This document shows, in pieces, positions 9,914 to 19,653 of a DNA stretch of 64,000 nucleotides (position 1 is its first letter; the number at the start of each line of letters is the position of its first letter). Below the pieces are notes generated by a model. That model was not told where the DNA came from. It made no database searches and saw only the letters and a list, made by a program, of their open reading frames with translations. The position numbers were made by a program, and so were the translations under genes. The stretch spans positions 512,001-576,000 of the forward strand of contig OZ245046.1 in the NCBI GenBank assembly GCA_965224245.1, written 5' to 3'. Source of the stretch: Candidatus Eiseniibacteriota bacterium. GTDB taxonomy: Bacteria > Eisenbacteria > RBG-16-71-46 > CAZAMP01.

Positions 9914-10999
9914 TCAACGGCGGAACTTGATCTCGACCGGCGCGACGTCGGCCATCGCCAGTGTGCTCAGGCGCGCGGCGACGTTGCCGGCCAGCTCGCG
10001 ATAGCTCTCGGCGACCGGGGCCCCACGCTCGGCCAGCACGACGGGCGTGCCCTCGTCTCCGGCCTGGCACACGGCGGGCACGATCGGCAGCTCGCCCAGG
10101 AGCGGAATGTCGAACGACTCGGCCACCTTGCGGCCACCTCCGGAACCGAAGATCGAGTAGCGCGTCCCGGTGTCGGGGGCCTCGAACCAGCTCATGTTCT
10201 CGACCACGCCGAGCACGGGCACCTTGACCTGGGCGAACATCCGGACCGCGCGGTTGACGTCCTCCAGCGCGACGTTCTGCGGCGTGGTCACGATGACGGC
10301 CCCCGACAGCGGACAGGACTGCGCCAGCGTGAGCTGGGCGTCGCCGGTGCCGGGCGGAAGATCGATGACCAGGTAGTCGAGCGCCCCCCAGTCCACGTCC
10401 GACAGGAACTGCTGGATCATGCGGGCCACCAGCGGGCCGCGCCAGATGACCGGCATGCCCTCGTCGGCCAGGAAGCCGAGGCTCATGACCTTGACGCCGT
10501 GCTTCTCGATCGGCACGAGCTTCTCGTCGCGGACCTCGGGGCGTCCGTCGATTCCGAACATGATGGGGGCGCTGGGACCGTAGATGTCCGCGTCCAGGAG
10601 GCCGACGTCCGAGCCCTCGAGCGCGAGCGCGACCGCGAGGTTCGAGGCGACCGTGGACTTGCCGACACCTCCTTTTCCGCTCGCGACCGCGATCGTGTTG
10701 CGGACCCCGGAGAGGACGGTCGTCGTCGGAGCCCCCAGGTTTCGACGCACGTCGGCGGTCATCGTGATCTCCGCACGCTCGACGCCGTCGATCGCCTCGA
10801 CGTGTGTGCGGCACTGCTCGCGAAGCTGATCCTTGACCGGGCAGGCCGGCGTCGTCAGCTCGATCGTCGCGGCCACGCGGGTCCCGTCGATGGTGACGGA
10901 CTTGACGAACCCCAGGGAGACGATGTCGCGGTTGAGATCCGGGTCGACGACGTTCCGGAGGGCGTCGAGAACGCGGTCCTCGGTGATCGGCGCGGTCAT
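9914..10999 (-). CDS. mrp: Mrp/NBP35 (ApbC) Fe-S cluster carrier ATPase with N-terminal DUF59 domain
   Basis: 'VVDPDLNRDIVSLGFV', 'TTPACP', 'ASGKGGVGKST', 'DADIYGPS', 'WRGP', 'DLPPGTGD', 'VENMS'. Start moved to ATG 10999. Confidence 0.95.
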   Translation of the reverse strand: MTAPITEDRVLDALRNVVDPDLNRDIVSLGFVKSVTIDGTRVAATIELTTPACPVKDQLREQCRTHVEAIDGVERAEITMTADVRRNLGAPTTTVLSGVRNTIAVASGKGGVGKSTVASNLAVALALEGSDVGLLDADIYGPSAPIMFGIDGRPEVRDEKLVPIEKHGVKVMSLGFLADEGMPVIWRGPLVARMIQQFLSDVDWGALDYLVIDLPPGTGDAQLTLAQSCPLSGAVIVTTPQNVALEDVNRAVRMFAQVKVPVLGVVENMSWFEAPDTGTRYSIFGSGGGRKVAESFDIPLLGELPIVPAVCQAGDEGTPVVLAERGAPVAESYRELAGNVAARLSTLAMADVAPVEIKFRR

Positions 11000-11081
11000 G
11001 CGGGAGGTCCTCTCGTGCTTGGGATCGGCGGTGTTCCGCGATCGCTCGGCGAGACCGATCGGCCCCGGGCGAAGGCCTCCA

Positions 11082-11110
11082 AAGATAGCGCCGCGCACCG
11101 GGGGAGACAA
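11082..11110 (-). promoter_or_regulatory. Putative sigma-70 promoter for mrp
   Basis: Minus strand reads TTGTCT-N17-TATCTT about 85 bp upstream of the ATG. Confidence 0.55.
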
Positions 11111-11176
11111 GGCGCGGGCCGACGCCCCGGATTCCCCGCGGCGAGACGCCTTCCCGGCCGGCGATCGGGGGGCCGC

Positions 11177-12820
11177 TCAGGACCGGGCGGACTCCAGTCC
11201 CTGCTCGCGCATCTTGCGCCACAGCGTGACCCGGTCGATTCCGAGCGCGGCCGCCGTCTTCGCGATCGCGCCGTCGTGCTCACGCAGCGCGCGCCGGATG
11301 ATGTCCCGCTCGTGCGTGGCGAGCTGCTCGCGTAGCGTGCCGGTTCGGGTCGCCGCGACACCCTCGTCGTGGCGGCCGTGCCCGATCGCCTGCTGAATGT
11401 CGCGCCGGGTGATCCGTGAGCTGGTCGCGAAGATCCGCACGCGCTGCGCGACCTGCCGTAGCTCCTCCACGTTGCCGGGCCAGTCGTAGGCCGACAGCGC
11501 CGTCTCCGCCTCCGGCGACAGTCGCTTCAGCGGGACCTTCGCCTCCTGGCACGACTCCTCGATGAACCGAAGCACCAGGTACACGATGTCGTCCGGTCGC
11601 TCGGACAGGGCCGGCATCGTGAGCCGCAGCTCGCCGAGCCGGTCCAGGAGGTCGGCGCGGAACCGACCCGCCGCGACCTCGGCGTTGAGATCCCGGTTCG
11701 TGGCCGCGATGACCCGGGCACGGCACTCACGGTCCTCGGTCTCCCCGACCCGGCGATACGTCCGTTCGCGGAGCACCTGAAGGAGCTTGCTCTGGGCGCC
11801 GGCGCTCAGGTCGCCGATCTCGTCCAGGAAGAGCGTTCCGTCCTCGGCCGACTCGATGAGGCCGGCCCGGTTCGTGGCGCCGGTGAAGCTCCCGTAGCGG
11901 GTCCCGAACAGCTCGGCCTCGAAGAGATTCGGTGCGATGGACGGGGTGTTGACCGACTTGAACGGCCGACCCGCGCGCAGGCGCGCGTACACCCCGGCCA
12001 CGAGCGTCTTCCCCGACCCGCGCGGGCCGGTGATCAGGATCGTGGCGCTCTCGTCGGCGGTTCGGAGCACGAAGTCGCGCACGCCGCGCATGGCGCGGCT
12101 GATGCCGGGGAGTCGGTCGAGCACCATGCCTGTCCGGAGGTCCTCGACCCGCTCGCGGAGATCGCCGAGCTCTCGGGACTGCGTGCACCGTCTGAGCGCG
12201 TTGCGGATGGCGACCAGGAGCCGCGCCTTGGGCACCGGCTTCTCCAGGAAGTCCTCCGCGCCGAGCTTCATGGCCTCGGCGGTGCGTTCGGTGGTGCCGA
12301 GGCTGGTCAGGATCACCGTGGGGGTCGAGACCAGCATGGCATTGGCATGGGACAGAACCTCGAGCCCGTCTCCATCCGGTAGCCCGATGTCGAGCAGGAT
12401 CAGGTCGAAGACCTGCGAGGCCAGGGCGGCCTTCGCCGCCTTGACGCTGGTCTTCACGTGAAGCGCGTAGCCTTCCTGGTCGAGGATTCGCCTGAGCTCG
12501 TGGATCACCGCCGGATCGTCCTCGACGGCGAGGATCGATCCGGTGACCGTCCGGGCATGCTCGCCGCCGGTTCGAGCCTCGGCGCGGCTCCCGGACGCCC
12601 GGCCCGCCGTTCGAGCGTTGCCGCCGGCTCTGCCGTTCGCGGCACGTCGACCGGTCTCGGAGCCCCCGGCGGCGTTCGATCCGGCCGGTGCGTCGCCGTC
12701 CGGAACCCGGGGCGGACCGGCGAGCGGAGGCGCGTCGGATCCCCGCGAAGCGCGTGGTGTGCCTGGCTGGTCGCTGGCGTCTTGCACCGCTCGGGCCCCC
12801 TCGTGTCGTGCGGGCGTCAC
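11177..12820 (-). CDS. NtrC-family sigma-54-dependent response regulator (REC-AAA+-Fis HTH)
   Basis: REC (VEDD, LLDIGLPDGDG, KP), AAA+ (GPRGSGKT, ELFG..GSFTGA, LFLDEIG, WPGNVEEL), HTH 'AAALGIDRVTLWRKM'. Start uncertain: about 90 low-complexity residues precede REC. Confidence 0.9.
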   Translation of the reverse strand: MTPARHEGARAVQDASDQPGTPRASRGSDAPPLAGPPRVPDGDAPAGSNAAGGSETGRRAANGRAGGNARTAGRASGSRAEARTGGEHARTVTGSILAVEDDPAVIHELRRILDQEGYALHVKTSVKAAKAALASQVFDLILLDIGLPDGDGLEVLSHANAMLVSTPTVILTSLGTTERTAEAMKLGAEDFLEKPVPKARLLVAIRNALRRCTQSRELGDLRERVEDLRTGMVLDRLPGISRAMRGVRDFVLRTADESATILITGPRGSGKTLVAGVYARLRAGRPFKSVNTPSIAPNLFEAELFGTRYGSFTGATNRAGLIESAEDGTLFLDEIGDLSAGAQSKLLQVLRERTYRRVGETEDRECRARVIAATNRDLNAEVAAGRFRADLLDRLGELRLTMPALSERPDDIVYLVLRFIEESCQEAKVPLKRLSPEAETALSAYDWPGNVEELRQVAQRVRIFATSSRITRRDIQQAIGHGRHDEGVAATRTGTLREQLATHERDIIRRALREHDGAIAKTAAALGIDRVTLWRKMREQGLESARS

Positions 12821-12951
12821 TCCGGAGGGAGTGTAGAGGCAATCGGAGCCGGCAGGCGAGGAGCGGTCTGCGGCCTTCGGCGGGCCTCAACAGTGAGAGC
12901 GTTCACGGGTCGCATATACCCGCGGAGCCCCGATTGCCGCTTCCCGGATCT

Positions 12952-12967
12952 AGCAAGCGCGATGCCT
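12952..12967 (-). promoter_or_regulatory. Sigma-54 (-24/-12) promoter facing the response regulator gene
   Basis: Minus strand AGGCATCGCGCTTGCT has GG-N10-GC spacing with TTGCT at -12. Predicted +1 near 12941. Confidence 0.7.
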
Positions 12968-12985
12968 GGACATCCAGTTCGTCAA

Positions 12986-13078
12986 GTTGCCATCACGCAA
13001 CCGGTTGCGTCGCAGGTCGGCAACCGGGAGGCGTCGGTCTGTTTCAATCATACAACATGAATGTTGCGTCAGCGCATC
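12986..13078. promoter_or_regulatory. Three dyad sites, candidate enhancer (UAS) for a sigma-54 activator
   Basis: GTTGC-N6-GCAAC (12986), GTTTC-N6-ACAAC (13041) and GTTGC-N6-GCATC (13063), offset by 55 and 22 bp, in a locally AT-richer stretch. Confidence 0.6.
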
Positions 13079-13081
13079 GTT

Positions 13082-14146
13082 CTAGGCGTCCTGCAGCGGC
13101 AGATGGATCGAGATGGCCGTCCCGTCGCCTTTGCGACTCGTCACGCTCAGCGTCGCACCCATGCGTCCGAGCCAGTGATCGGCCAGCGGAAGCCCGAGGC
13201 CGCTGCCGTCGCGGCGCGTGGACATGAAGAGCTGCCGGCTGCCCAGCCGCTCCGCCTCGTCCATCCCACCGCCGTCGTCGGACACACGGATCACGACGTG
13301 ATCGTCCCGTATCCGTGCCTCGACCCGGATCTCCCCGCCCGTGATCACCGCCTGCGCGGCGTTCGACAGCACCTCGACCATGGCTGCCTCGAACAGATCC
13401 GGGGAGTGGGAGACGGGTCCCAGCGTGCTCTCGAGGGTCTCGCGAAGCTGGATCCGGTCGTGGCACAGGTCTCGGAAGTGCGAGACGATCCGGCGCAGCG
13501 GTCCCGCCAGATCGCCGGTCCGGAGCCGGTCGTCGAGCGCCAGGTTCTGTCTCCACCGCCGGTTGTAGGCTCCGGTGAGCCGCGCGATCCGATCCACCGA
13601 CTGCGACGTGACGTCCAGCCATGCGTCGAGACCGGGGCTGGGCCGATCCAGCCCCAGCTCGTCCACGAGGCTCTCGACGTTCTGCAGCGGCTGGAGCGCG
13701 TTTCGCACGGCGTGCGTCAGTTGCAGTGCTGCAACGACCCACCAGCGGTCGATCGGGTCCCCGGCCGACCGGCGCGTCACGATCCAGCGCAGTGGGGCCG
13801 GCCGCGGTGCAGTCCGGATCGGCTGAGCCTCCAGATCGACGCGCCTCTCCCCGGACGGCGCGTGTCCGGGCAGCGTCCACGGAGTCGTGCCGGCGAGGTA
13901 CCGGGCGAGCTCGTCGTCGGCGTCGCCGACGGCCAGAACGCCCCCGACCGGCCCCGCGGACGGCGGCCATCGCGAGCCGACGGCGAGGATGCGTCCCCGC
14001 CGCGACACGAGTGCGATCGGGAGGGCGCATGCGCCGACGACCCGACGAGTCCGCCGGTCGCAATCGCGGCTGGAGCGCGGGGCCGGTGCGTCGTCCCGCG
14101 CGCGACGGGCCCGGGCACGCGTGGGGCGGAAGCGGCGTGACGCCAT
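13082..14146 (-). CDS. Sensor histidine kinase (soluble, atypical H-box)
   Basis: 'LTHAVRNALQPL' H-box, 'EVLSNAAQA' N-box, 'VSDDGGGM', 'LFMSTRRDGSGLGL'. Start uncertain. Confidence 0.8.
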   Translation of the reverse strand: MASRRFRPTRARARRARDDAPAPRSSRDCDRRTRRVVGACALPIALVSRRGRILAVGSRWPPSAGPVGGVLAVGDADDELARYLAGTTPWTLPGHAPSGERRVDLEAQPIRTAPRPAPLRWIVTRRSAGDPIDRWWVVAALQLTHAVRNALQPLQNVESLVDELGLDRPSPGLDAWLDVTSQSVDRIARLTGAYNRRWRQNLALDDRLRTGDLAGPLRRIVSHFRDLCHDRIQLRETLESTLGPVSHSPDLFEAAMVEVLSNAAQAVITGGEIRVEARIRDDHVVIRVSDDGGGMDEAERLGSRQLFMSTRRDGSGLGLPLADHWLGRMGATLSVTSRKGDGTAISIHLPLQDA

Positions 14147-14363
14147 CGGCGAACCTCTCGGGGGAATCGGTCTCTCGCGTCCCGGATGGTGGGTTCCGGT
14201 GTCCCGCGATGTCCAGCGAAACCACGTGGGGAGGCCCCGCGATTCGGTGTGTTCCGCCGGGGACGGCCGGGCTATACTCGCGTGTTCAGCAATCGGGTGC
14301 CGCTCGGGCTCGAGGCGCTACCCTGCCGCCTCGTCGAGGCGGCACGTTCAAAGGACTCCGACG

Positions 14364-14765
14364 ATGTTGGAACGACTCAGAGACGAGCTGTTCGAGGAGC
14401 CGTCGCGGCGCCGCCACGAGCGACCGATGGTGATCTCGGTTCTGGCCATCTATTACCTGTTGAACCCGCTTCTCTACGTGTTCTCGATCAGCCAGGACAA
14501 GGTCTTTCTGAACTTCGGCGTCCCGGGATGGCGCTTCGCCCTCTTGTATTGCATCGGCGCGCCGCTTCTGGGATACCTCTTGTGGAACCTCCGCGTGCGT
14601 TCCCACGTCGCGCTCTACTGCTTTCTCGCGTTCGAGGTCGTCCGCGGCGCGCGGCACGGCATCTGGAGCGTCGTGCTGGTCGGGCTGGCCGTCCTCATCT
14701 ACGCCGTGCGCGAGCCGATCCGAGAGCTCTTCTCTCCTCGTGGTCGCGAAGCGCATCGGGGCTGA
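14364..14765 (+). CDS. Small multi-pass membrane protein of unknown function
   Basis: AAGGA RBS, ATG 14364 (MLERLRDELF...), about four hydrophobic segments. It is the 3' part of track ORF 13887..14765. Confidence 0.7.
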   Translation: MLERLRDELFEEPSRRRHERPMVISVLAIYYLLNPLLYVFSISQDKVFLNFGVPGWRFALLYCIGAPLLGYLLWNLRVRSHVALYCFLAFEVVRGARHGIWSVVLVGLAVLIYAVREPIRELFSPRGREAHRG

Positions 14766-14885
14766 CGCCGCGCTCCGGCGGTGCCGGCCACCTCGGCCGG
14801 CCCGCGGCCACCGCACCGTGAGATCGACATGCCTCGTGACCGCGACCCACGTCGTGCGCGACCCCGGTCGCGGTGAGGGAGACTG

Positions 14886-17800
14886 ATGCCGGCGCCGTTC
14901 GTCCATCTGCACAATCACTCCCAGTACAGCCTGCTCGACGGCGCGTGCAAGCTGGACCATCTCGTCCGCAGGGCCTCCGAGATGGACATGCCGGCGATTG
15001 CGCTCACCGACCACGGCAACATGTTCGGCGCGGTTCACTTCTACGAGAAGGCGCACAAGGCCGGCGTCAAGCCGATCATCGGGTGCGAGGCGTACGTGGC
15101 CGAAGGGTCGCACACCGACCGCACGCGCAAGACGTCCTATCACCTCGTCCTCCTGGCCGAGAACGAGGTCGGCTACAAGAACCTGATGAAGCTGTGCACG
15201 CGCGCGTACCTGGACGGGTTCTACTACAAGCCGCGCATCGACCTCGATCTCCTGGCCCAGCACGCCGAGGGGCTCATCGGACTGTCGGCCTGCCTGCAGG
15301 GGCAGATCAATCAGGCGCTCCTGCGCGAGGACCTCGCCCGGGCCGAGGCTCTCGCCGGGCGGTTCGTCGAGGTGCTGGGGCGCGGCAACTTCTTCATCGA
15401 GCTGCAGGACCATGGGATCGACGCCGAGCAGCGCCTCCACCGCCCGCAGCTCGAGCTGGCCCGGCGACTCGACATCCCGCTGGTGGCCACGAACGATTGC
15501 CACTACCTCGAGAAGCAGCACGCGGCGGCGCACGACTGCCTCATGTGCATCCAGACGGGCAAGACCATCTCCGACACCAATCGCATGCGGCACGAGACCG
15601 ATGCCCTGTTCATCAAGTCGCCCGAGGAGATGGCCGCGCTGTTCGGAGAGGTACCCGAGTCGCTCTCGAACACGCTGGCCATCGCCGAGCGCTGCAACGT
15701 CACGCTCGACATGTCCACGCTGCACCTGCCGGTGTTCGACCTGCCGGCGGGATTCGACGATGCCGACTCGTACCTGTCGCATCTGTGTCACGAGGGGCTG
15801 GTCCGCCGCTACGGGGCTCCATCGGACACCGTGCGCTCGCGGCTCGACTACGAGCTCGGCGTGATCCGCCAGATGGGCTATGCCGGGTACTTCCTGATCG
15901 TGCAGGACTTCATCCGTCATGCGCGCGAGAACGCCATCCCCGTCGGTCCCGGCCGCGGGTCGGCCGCCGGCTCGCTGGTCGCGTACACGTCGGGCATCAC
16001 GAACATCGATCCGATGCGCTACGACCTGCTCTTCGAGCGCTTCCTCAATCCCGAGCGCGTATCGATGCCCGACATCGACATCGACTTCTCCGATCGCGGC
16101 CGGGCCGACGTGATCGACTACACCGTGGAGAAGTACGGCCAGGACTCCGTGGCGCAGATCATCACCTTCGGAACGATGGCGGCGCGCGCGGTCATCCGGG
16201 ACGTCGGCCGCGCGATGAGCATGTCCTTCTCCGAGGTCGACAAGATCGCCAAGATGGTGCCGGCCGAGCTCGGGATCACGCTCGAGAAGGCCATCGAGAG
16301 CTCACCCGATCTGAAGGAGGCCGCGGCCAAGGACGCCAGGGTGGCCGAGCTGCTCTCGCACGCCCAGGTGCTCGAGGGGCTCTCGCGGCACGCGTCGACA
16401 CACGCCGCGGGCGTCGTGATCACGCCGGGGCCCATCGACGAGTTCGTTCCGCTCTACAAGTCGACCAAGGACGAGATCACCACCCAGTTCGACATGAAGG
16501 CCGTCGAGAAGATCGGCCTGTTGAAGATGGACTTCCTCGGTCTGCGGACGCTGACCGTCATCGAGGACGCCGTGCGCATGATCGCCGAGAACCGGGGCGT
16601 CACGCTCGATCCCGACCAGGTACCGCTGGACGACCCCAAGGTCTTCGATCTGCTCTCGTCGGGGGCCACGGTCGCCGTCTTCCAGTTCGAGTCCAGCGGC
16701 ATGCGCGAGTATCTGCGGAAGCTCAAGCCCGATCGTTTCGAGGACCTGATCGCGATGAACGCGCTGTACCGGCCCGGACCGCTGGGCAGCGGCATGGTCG
16801 ACGACTACATCGAGCGCCGGCACGGCCGGGCCGAGATCGAGTATCTCCACCCGGCGCTCGAGCCGATCCTCGAGTCCACGTACGGCGTCATCTGCTACCA
16901 GGAGCAGGTGATGAAGATCGCGTCGGACCTGGCGGGCTACACGCTGGGAGCGGCCGATCTGCTCCGGCGGGCGATGGGCAAGAAGATCGCCGCCGAGATG
17001 CAGAAGCAGCGCTCGGTCTTCCTCGCGGGCACGACCGAGCGCGGCATCGACAAGCGAACGGCCAACGCCATCTTCGACCTGATGGAGTACTTCGCCGGCT
17101 ACGGGTTCAACAAGAGCCATTCCGCGGGGTACGCGTTCGTGGCCTACCAGACCGCGTACCTGAAGGCCCACCATCCGGTCGAGTTCATGGCCGCCTCGAT
17201 GTCCAGCGAGATGAACAGCTCCGATCGCATCCTGGTGTTCATGAACGACTGCCGGCGGATGTCGGTTCCGGTGGACCCTCCCGACGTCAACGCGTCCGGC
17301 GAGGGATTCGTGGCGGTGGGCGATCGCATTCGCTTCGGTCTGGCCGCGGTCAAGGGCGTGGGGCGTGGCGCGGTACACTCGATCGTGGAGGCCCGCGATC
17401 GGGTCGGGCGCTTCGAGAACCTCGACCACTTCTGCTGGGAGGTCGACCTATCCTCGGTGAACAAGAAGGCCCTCGAGGGCCTCATCCATGCCGGCGCGAT
17501 GGACGCCTTCTGCGACGATCGGGCCCGCCTCGCCGCCGGCATGTCGGACATCGTGGACCGCGTCTCGCGGCGCAAACGCGAAGAGGAGCTCGGTCAGACC
17601 TCGCTCTTCGGCAACCTCGGTGATGCGGGGCCGATCGCGGCCAGCCCTCTGCCGCGGGCCGAGCCGTGGGCGATGGACGAGCGCCTGCGCCTCGAGAAGG
17701 CGGCGCTGGGCTTCTACGTGTCCGGTCACCCGCTGGACGCCGTGGAGCGCGAGCTGAAGTCGCTCTCCAACGTGAACGCGGAGGGACTGGACCACGTCGC

Positions 17801-18338
17801 GGACGGGCATCCGGTCACGATCGGCGGCATCATCACCGGCGTGAAGCGGCAGTTCGACAAGAAGGGCAACACGATGGCTCGGGTGAGCGTCGAGGATTTT
17901 TCCGGATCGTTCACATGTCTGGTGTTCTCGAAGACCTACGAGAGCGTATCCTCGTTGATCGCCGACGAGGCGCGGCTCCTGATCACCGGACGCGCGTCGG
18001 CGCGGGAAGGCGAGCGCGCGACCGTGATCGCCGATTCGTTCACGCCGCTGGCCGAGGCGTTTCGCGGGCTGGATCTGCACATCCGGCTGGCCAGGGCCGA
18101 GGCCGAGTGGTCGCTCGACGATCTGAAGACGCTCCTCGAGGAGTACGAGGGGCGCTCGCGCGTGGTCTTGCACCTGGCCAATCCGGACGACCCGGACGCG
18201 CGGCCGGTGATCATTCGATTGAAGCGAACGTACGTGGATCCCGACCCGGCGCTCGTGGAGCGGCTCAAGGCCGTGCTCGGGGCGGAGTCGGTCTGGCTGG
18301 CCGGTGGAGGCCCGGTGGGAGCGTTGCTGAATGCCTGA
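14886..18338 (+). CDS. dnaE: DNA polymerase III alpha subunit
   Basis: 'FVHLHNHSQYSLLDG' PHP domain, 'GPGRGSAAGS', 'MPDIDIDF', 'KMDFLGLRTL', 'YGFNKSH', OB fold. 1150 aa. Confidence 0.98.
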   Translation: MPAPFVHLHNHSQYSLLDGACKLDHLVRRASEMDMPAIALTDHGNMFGAVHFYEKAHKAGVKPIIGCEAYVAEGSHTDRTRKTSYHLVLLAENEVGYKNLMKLCTRAYLDGFYYKPRIDLDLLAQHAEGLIGLSACLQGQINQALLREDLARAEALAGRFVEVLGRGNFFIELQDHGIDAEQRLHRPQLELARRLDIPLVATNDCHYLEKQHAAAHDCLMCIQTGKTISDTNRMRHETDALFIKSPEEMAALFGEVPESLSNTLAIAERCNVTLDMSTLHLPVFDLPAGFDDADSYLSHLCHEGLVRRYGAPSDTVRSRLDYELGVIRQMGYAGYFLIVQDFIRHARENAIPVGPGRGSAAGSLVAYTSGITNIDPMRYDLLFERFLNPERVSMPDIDIDFSDRGRADVIDYTVEKYGQDSVAQIITFGTMAARAVIRDVGRAMSMSFSEVDKIAKMVPAELGITLEKAIESSPDLKEAAAKDARVAELLSHAQVLEGLSRHASTHAAGVVITPGPIDEFVPLYKSTKDEITTQFDMKAVEKIGLLKMDFLGLRTLTVIEDAVRMIAENRGVTLDPDQVPLDDPKVFDLLSSGATVAVFQFESSGMREYLRKLKPDRFEDLIAMNALYRPGPLGSGMVDDYIERRHGRAEIEYLHPALEPILESTYGVICYQEQVMKIASDLAGYTLGAADLLRRAMGKKIAAEMQKQRSVFLAGTTERGIDKRTANAIFDLMEYFAGYGFNKSHSAGYAFVAYQTAYLKAHHPVEFMAASMSSEMNSSDRILVFMNDCRRMSVPVDPPDVNASGEGFVAVGDRIRFGLAAVKGVGRGAVHSIVEARDRVGRFENLDHFCWEVDLSSVNKKALEGLIHAGAMDAFCDDRARLAAGMSDIVDRVSRRKREEELGQTSLFGNLGDAGPIAASPLPRAEPWAMDERLRLEKAALGFYVSGHPLDAVERELKSLSNVNAEGLDHVADGHPVTIGGIITGVKRQFDKKGNTMARVSVEDFSGSFTCLVFSKTYESVSSLIADEARLLITGRASAREGERATVIADSFTPLAEAFRGLDLHIRLARAEAEWSLDDLKTLLEEYEGRSRVVLHLANPDDPDARPVIIRLKRTYVDPDPALVERLKAVLGAESVWLAGGGPVGALLNA

Positions 18339-19158
18339 TCGTGCGGATCTTCACATGCACTCGCACCATTCCGACGGCCTGCACGAGCCGGAGGCGCTCG
18401 TCGAGATGGCGGTCGGGGCCGGGTTGCGGGCGATCGCGCTGACCGATCATGATACCGTCACCGGCTGGCCGGCCTTCGCCGCCGCCTGTGACGGGGCCGG
18501 GATCGAGGCGATTCCGGGCGTCGAGCTCTCCGGCCGATTCAGGGAGCGCGACGCCCACGTCCTGGGTTACTTCGTACGGCCCGACGACCCCGCGCTCGGG
18601 ACCGCACTGGAGCGGTTTCGCCGGGACCGGGCCGAGCGCGGCCGCGAGATGGTGAGACGGTTGAACGGCATCGGAGTCGGGCTCTCGTACGCGGCCGTCG
18701 AGCGGGGTGCCGGGGACGCCGTCATCGGCCGCCCGCACGTGGCCGACGCCCTCTGCGGGGGCGGTTTCGTGCGGACCTACGACGAGGCGTTCAAGCGCTA
18801 CCTGGGTCTGAACAAGCCGGCCTACGTGGCCAAGACGGCATTCGGGGTCGACGAGGCCATCGCGCTGATCCATGCCGCCGGAGGGCTCGCCGTGCTGGCC
18901 CACCCCGGTGGTCACTACAGCGCGGAGGACATCGAGGACATGGTCGGGAACGGGCTCGACGGGGTCGAGATCGTCCACCCTAGACACACTTCGCAACTCA
19001 CGCAGTTGTATGCGGACATTGCGTATCGACACGGACTCGTCACCACGGGAGGATCGGACTTCCACGGTTCCACCCGCGGGTCCGCTCTGGTGGGAGATCC
19101 GGGGATCGACTACACGGTCGTGGAGACGCTGAAGGAGCGTGCATCATGGGCACGATGA
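18331..19158 (+). CDS. PHP-domain phosphoesterase (TrpH/YciV-like)
   Basis: 'DLHMHSHHSDG', 'ALTDHD', 'GVELS', 'GRPHVA', 'VLAHP', 'TGGSDFHG'. Confidence 0.92.
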   Translation: MPDRADLHMHSHHSDGLHEPEALVEMAVGAGLRAIALTDHDTVTGWPAFAAACDGAGIEAIPGVELSGRFRERDAHVLGYFVRPDDPALGTALERFRRDRAERGREMVRRLNGIGVGLSYAAVERGAGDAVIGRPHVADALCGGGFVRTYDEAFKRYLGLNKPAYVAKTAFGVDEAIALIHAAGGLAVLAHPGGHYSAEDIEDMVGNGLDGVEIVHPRHTSQLTQLYADIAYRHGLVTTGGSDFHGSTRGSALVGDPGIDYTVVETLKERASWAR

Positions 19159-19571
19159 AGTACTGGATCGGTGCGCTGCTGGTGGTCGCCGCGGTCGGCT
19201 ACCTCGCCATCACCGCCGCCGACAAGAACATGGTCACCTACCTGACGATCTCGGACGTGATGGCCGACCCCGCCGTCGCCTCCGATACGGGGGTTCGGGT
19301 CACCGGTCACGTCGCGGAGGGAACGATCCAGGTACGGGGCCCGCGCGAGGTGGCGTTCATCGTCGAGGGCGACGGACACAACCTCCCGGCGGTCTACCGG
19401 GGTGCGGTGCCCGACACGTTCAAGGACGGCGCCGAGGTCGTGCTCGAGGGACGGATGGACGCCAACGGCGAGTTCCAGGCGACCACGCTCCTGGCCAAGT
19501 GCCCGTCGAAGTACGAGGCCGAGGGCTATCCGGACGGTACGCCATACGAGAAGAAGGACGACGGCGTCTGA
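19146..19571 (+). CDS. ccmE: Cytochrome c maturation heme chaperone CcmE, Cys-type (CxxxY)
   Basis: N-terminal TM, 'VRVTGHV', 'YRGAVPDTFKDGAEVVLEG', 'LLAKCPSKY'. Confidence 0.93.
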   Translation: MGTMKYWIGALLVVAAVGYLAITAADKNMVTYLTISDVMADPAVASDTGVRVTGHVAEGTIQVRGPREVAFIVEGDGHNLPAVYRGAVPDTFKDGAEVVLEGRMDANGEFQATTLLAKCPSKYEAEGYPDGTPYEKKDDGV

Positions 19572-19653
19572 TCCGACTCGACGGGGCGGGACCCGGCGAG
19601 CCCGAACCCGAAACCCCAAGGACACACCGACCGAGCGACAGGGGCGCTGACGA

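Noticed and set aside
12838-12940. Glycine-riboswitch-like strings (CGCCGAAGG, CUCUCA)
   Set aside because: They occur in the wrong order and the context is unrelated. Kept only as an unnamed structured leader.
14886-18338. Possible intein or split in DnaE
   Set aside because: Length is normal, motifs are contiguous and I see no intein signature.
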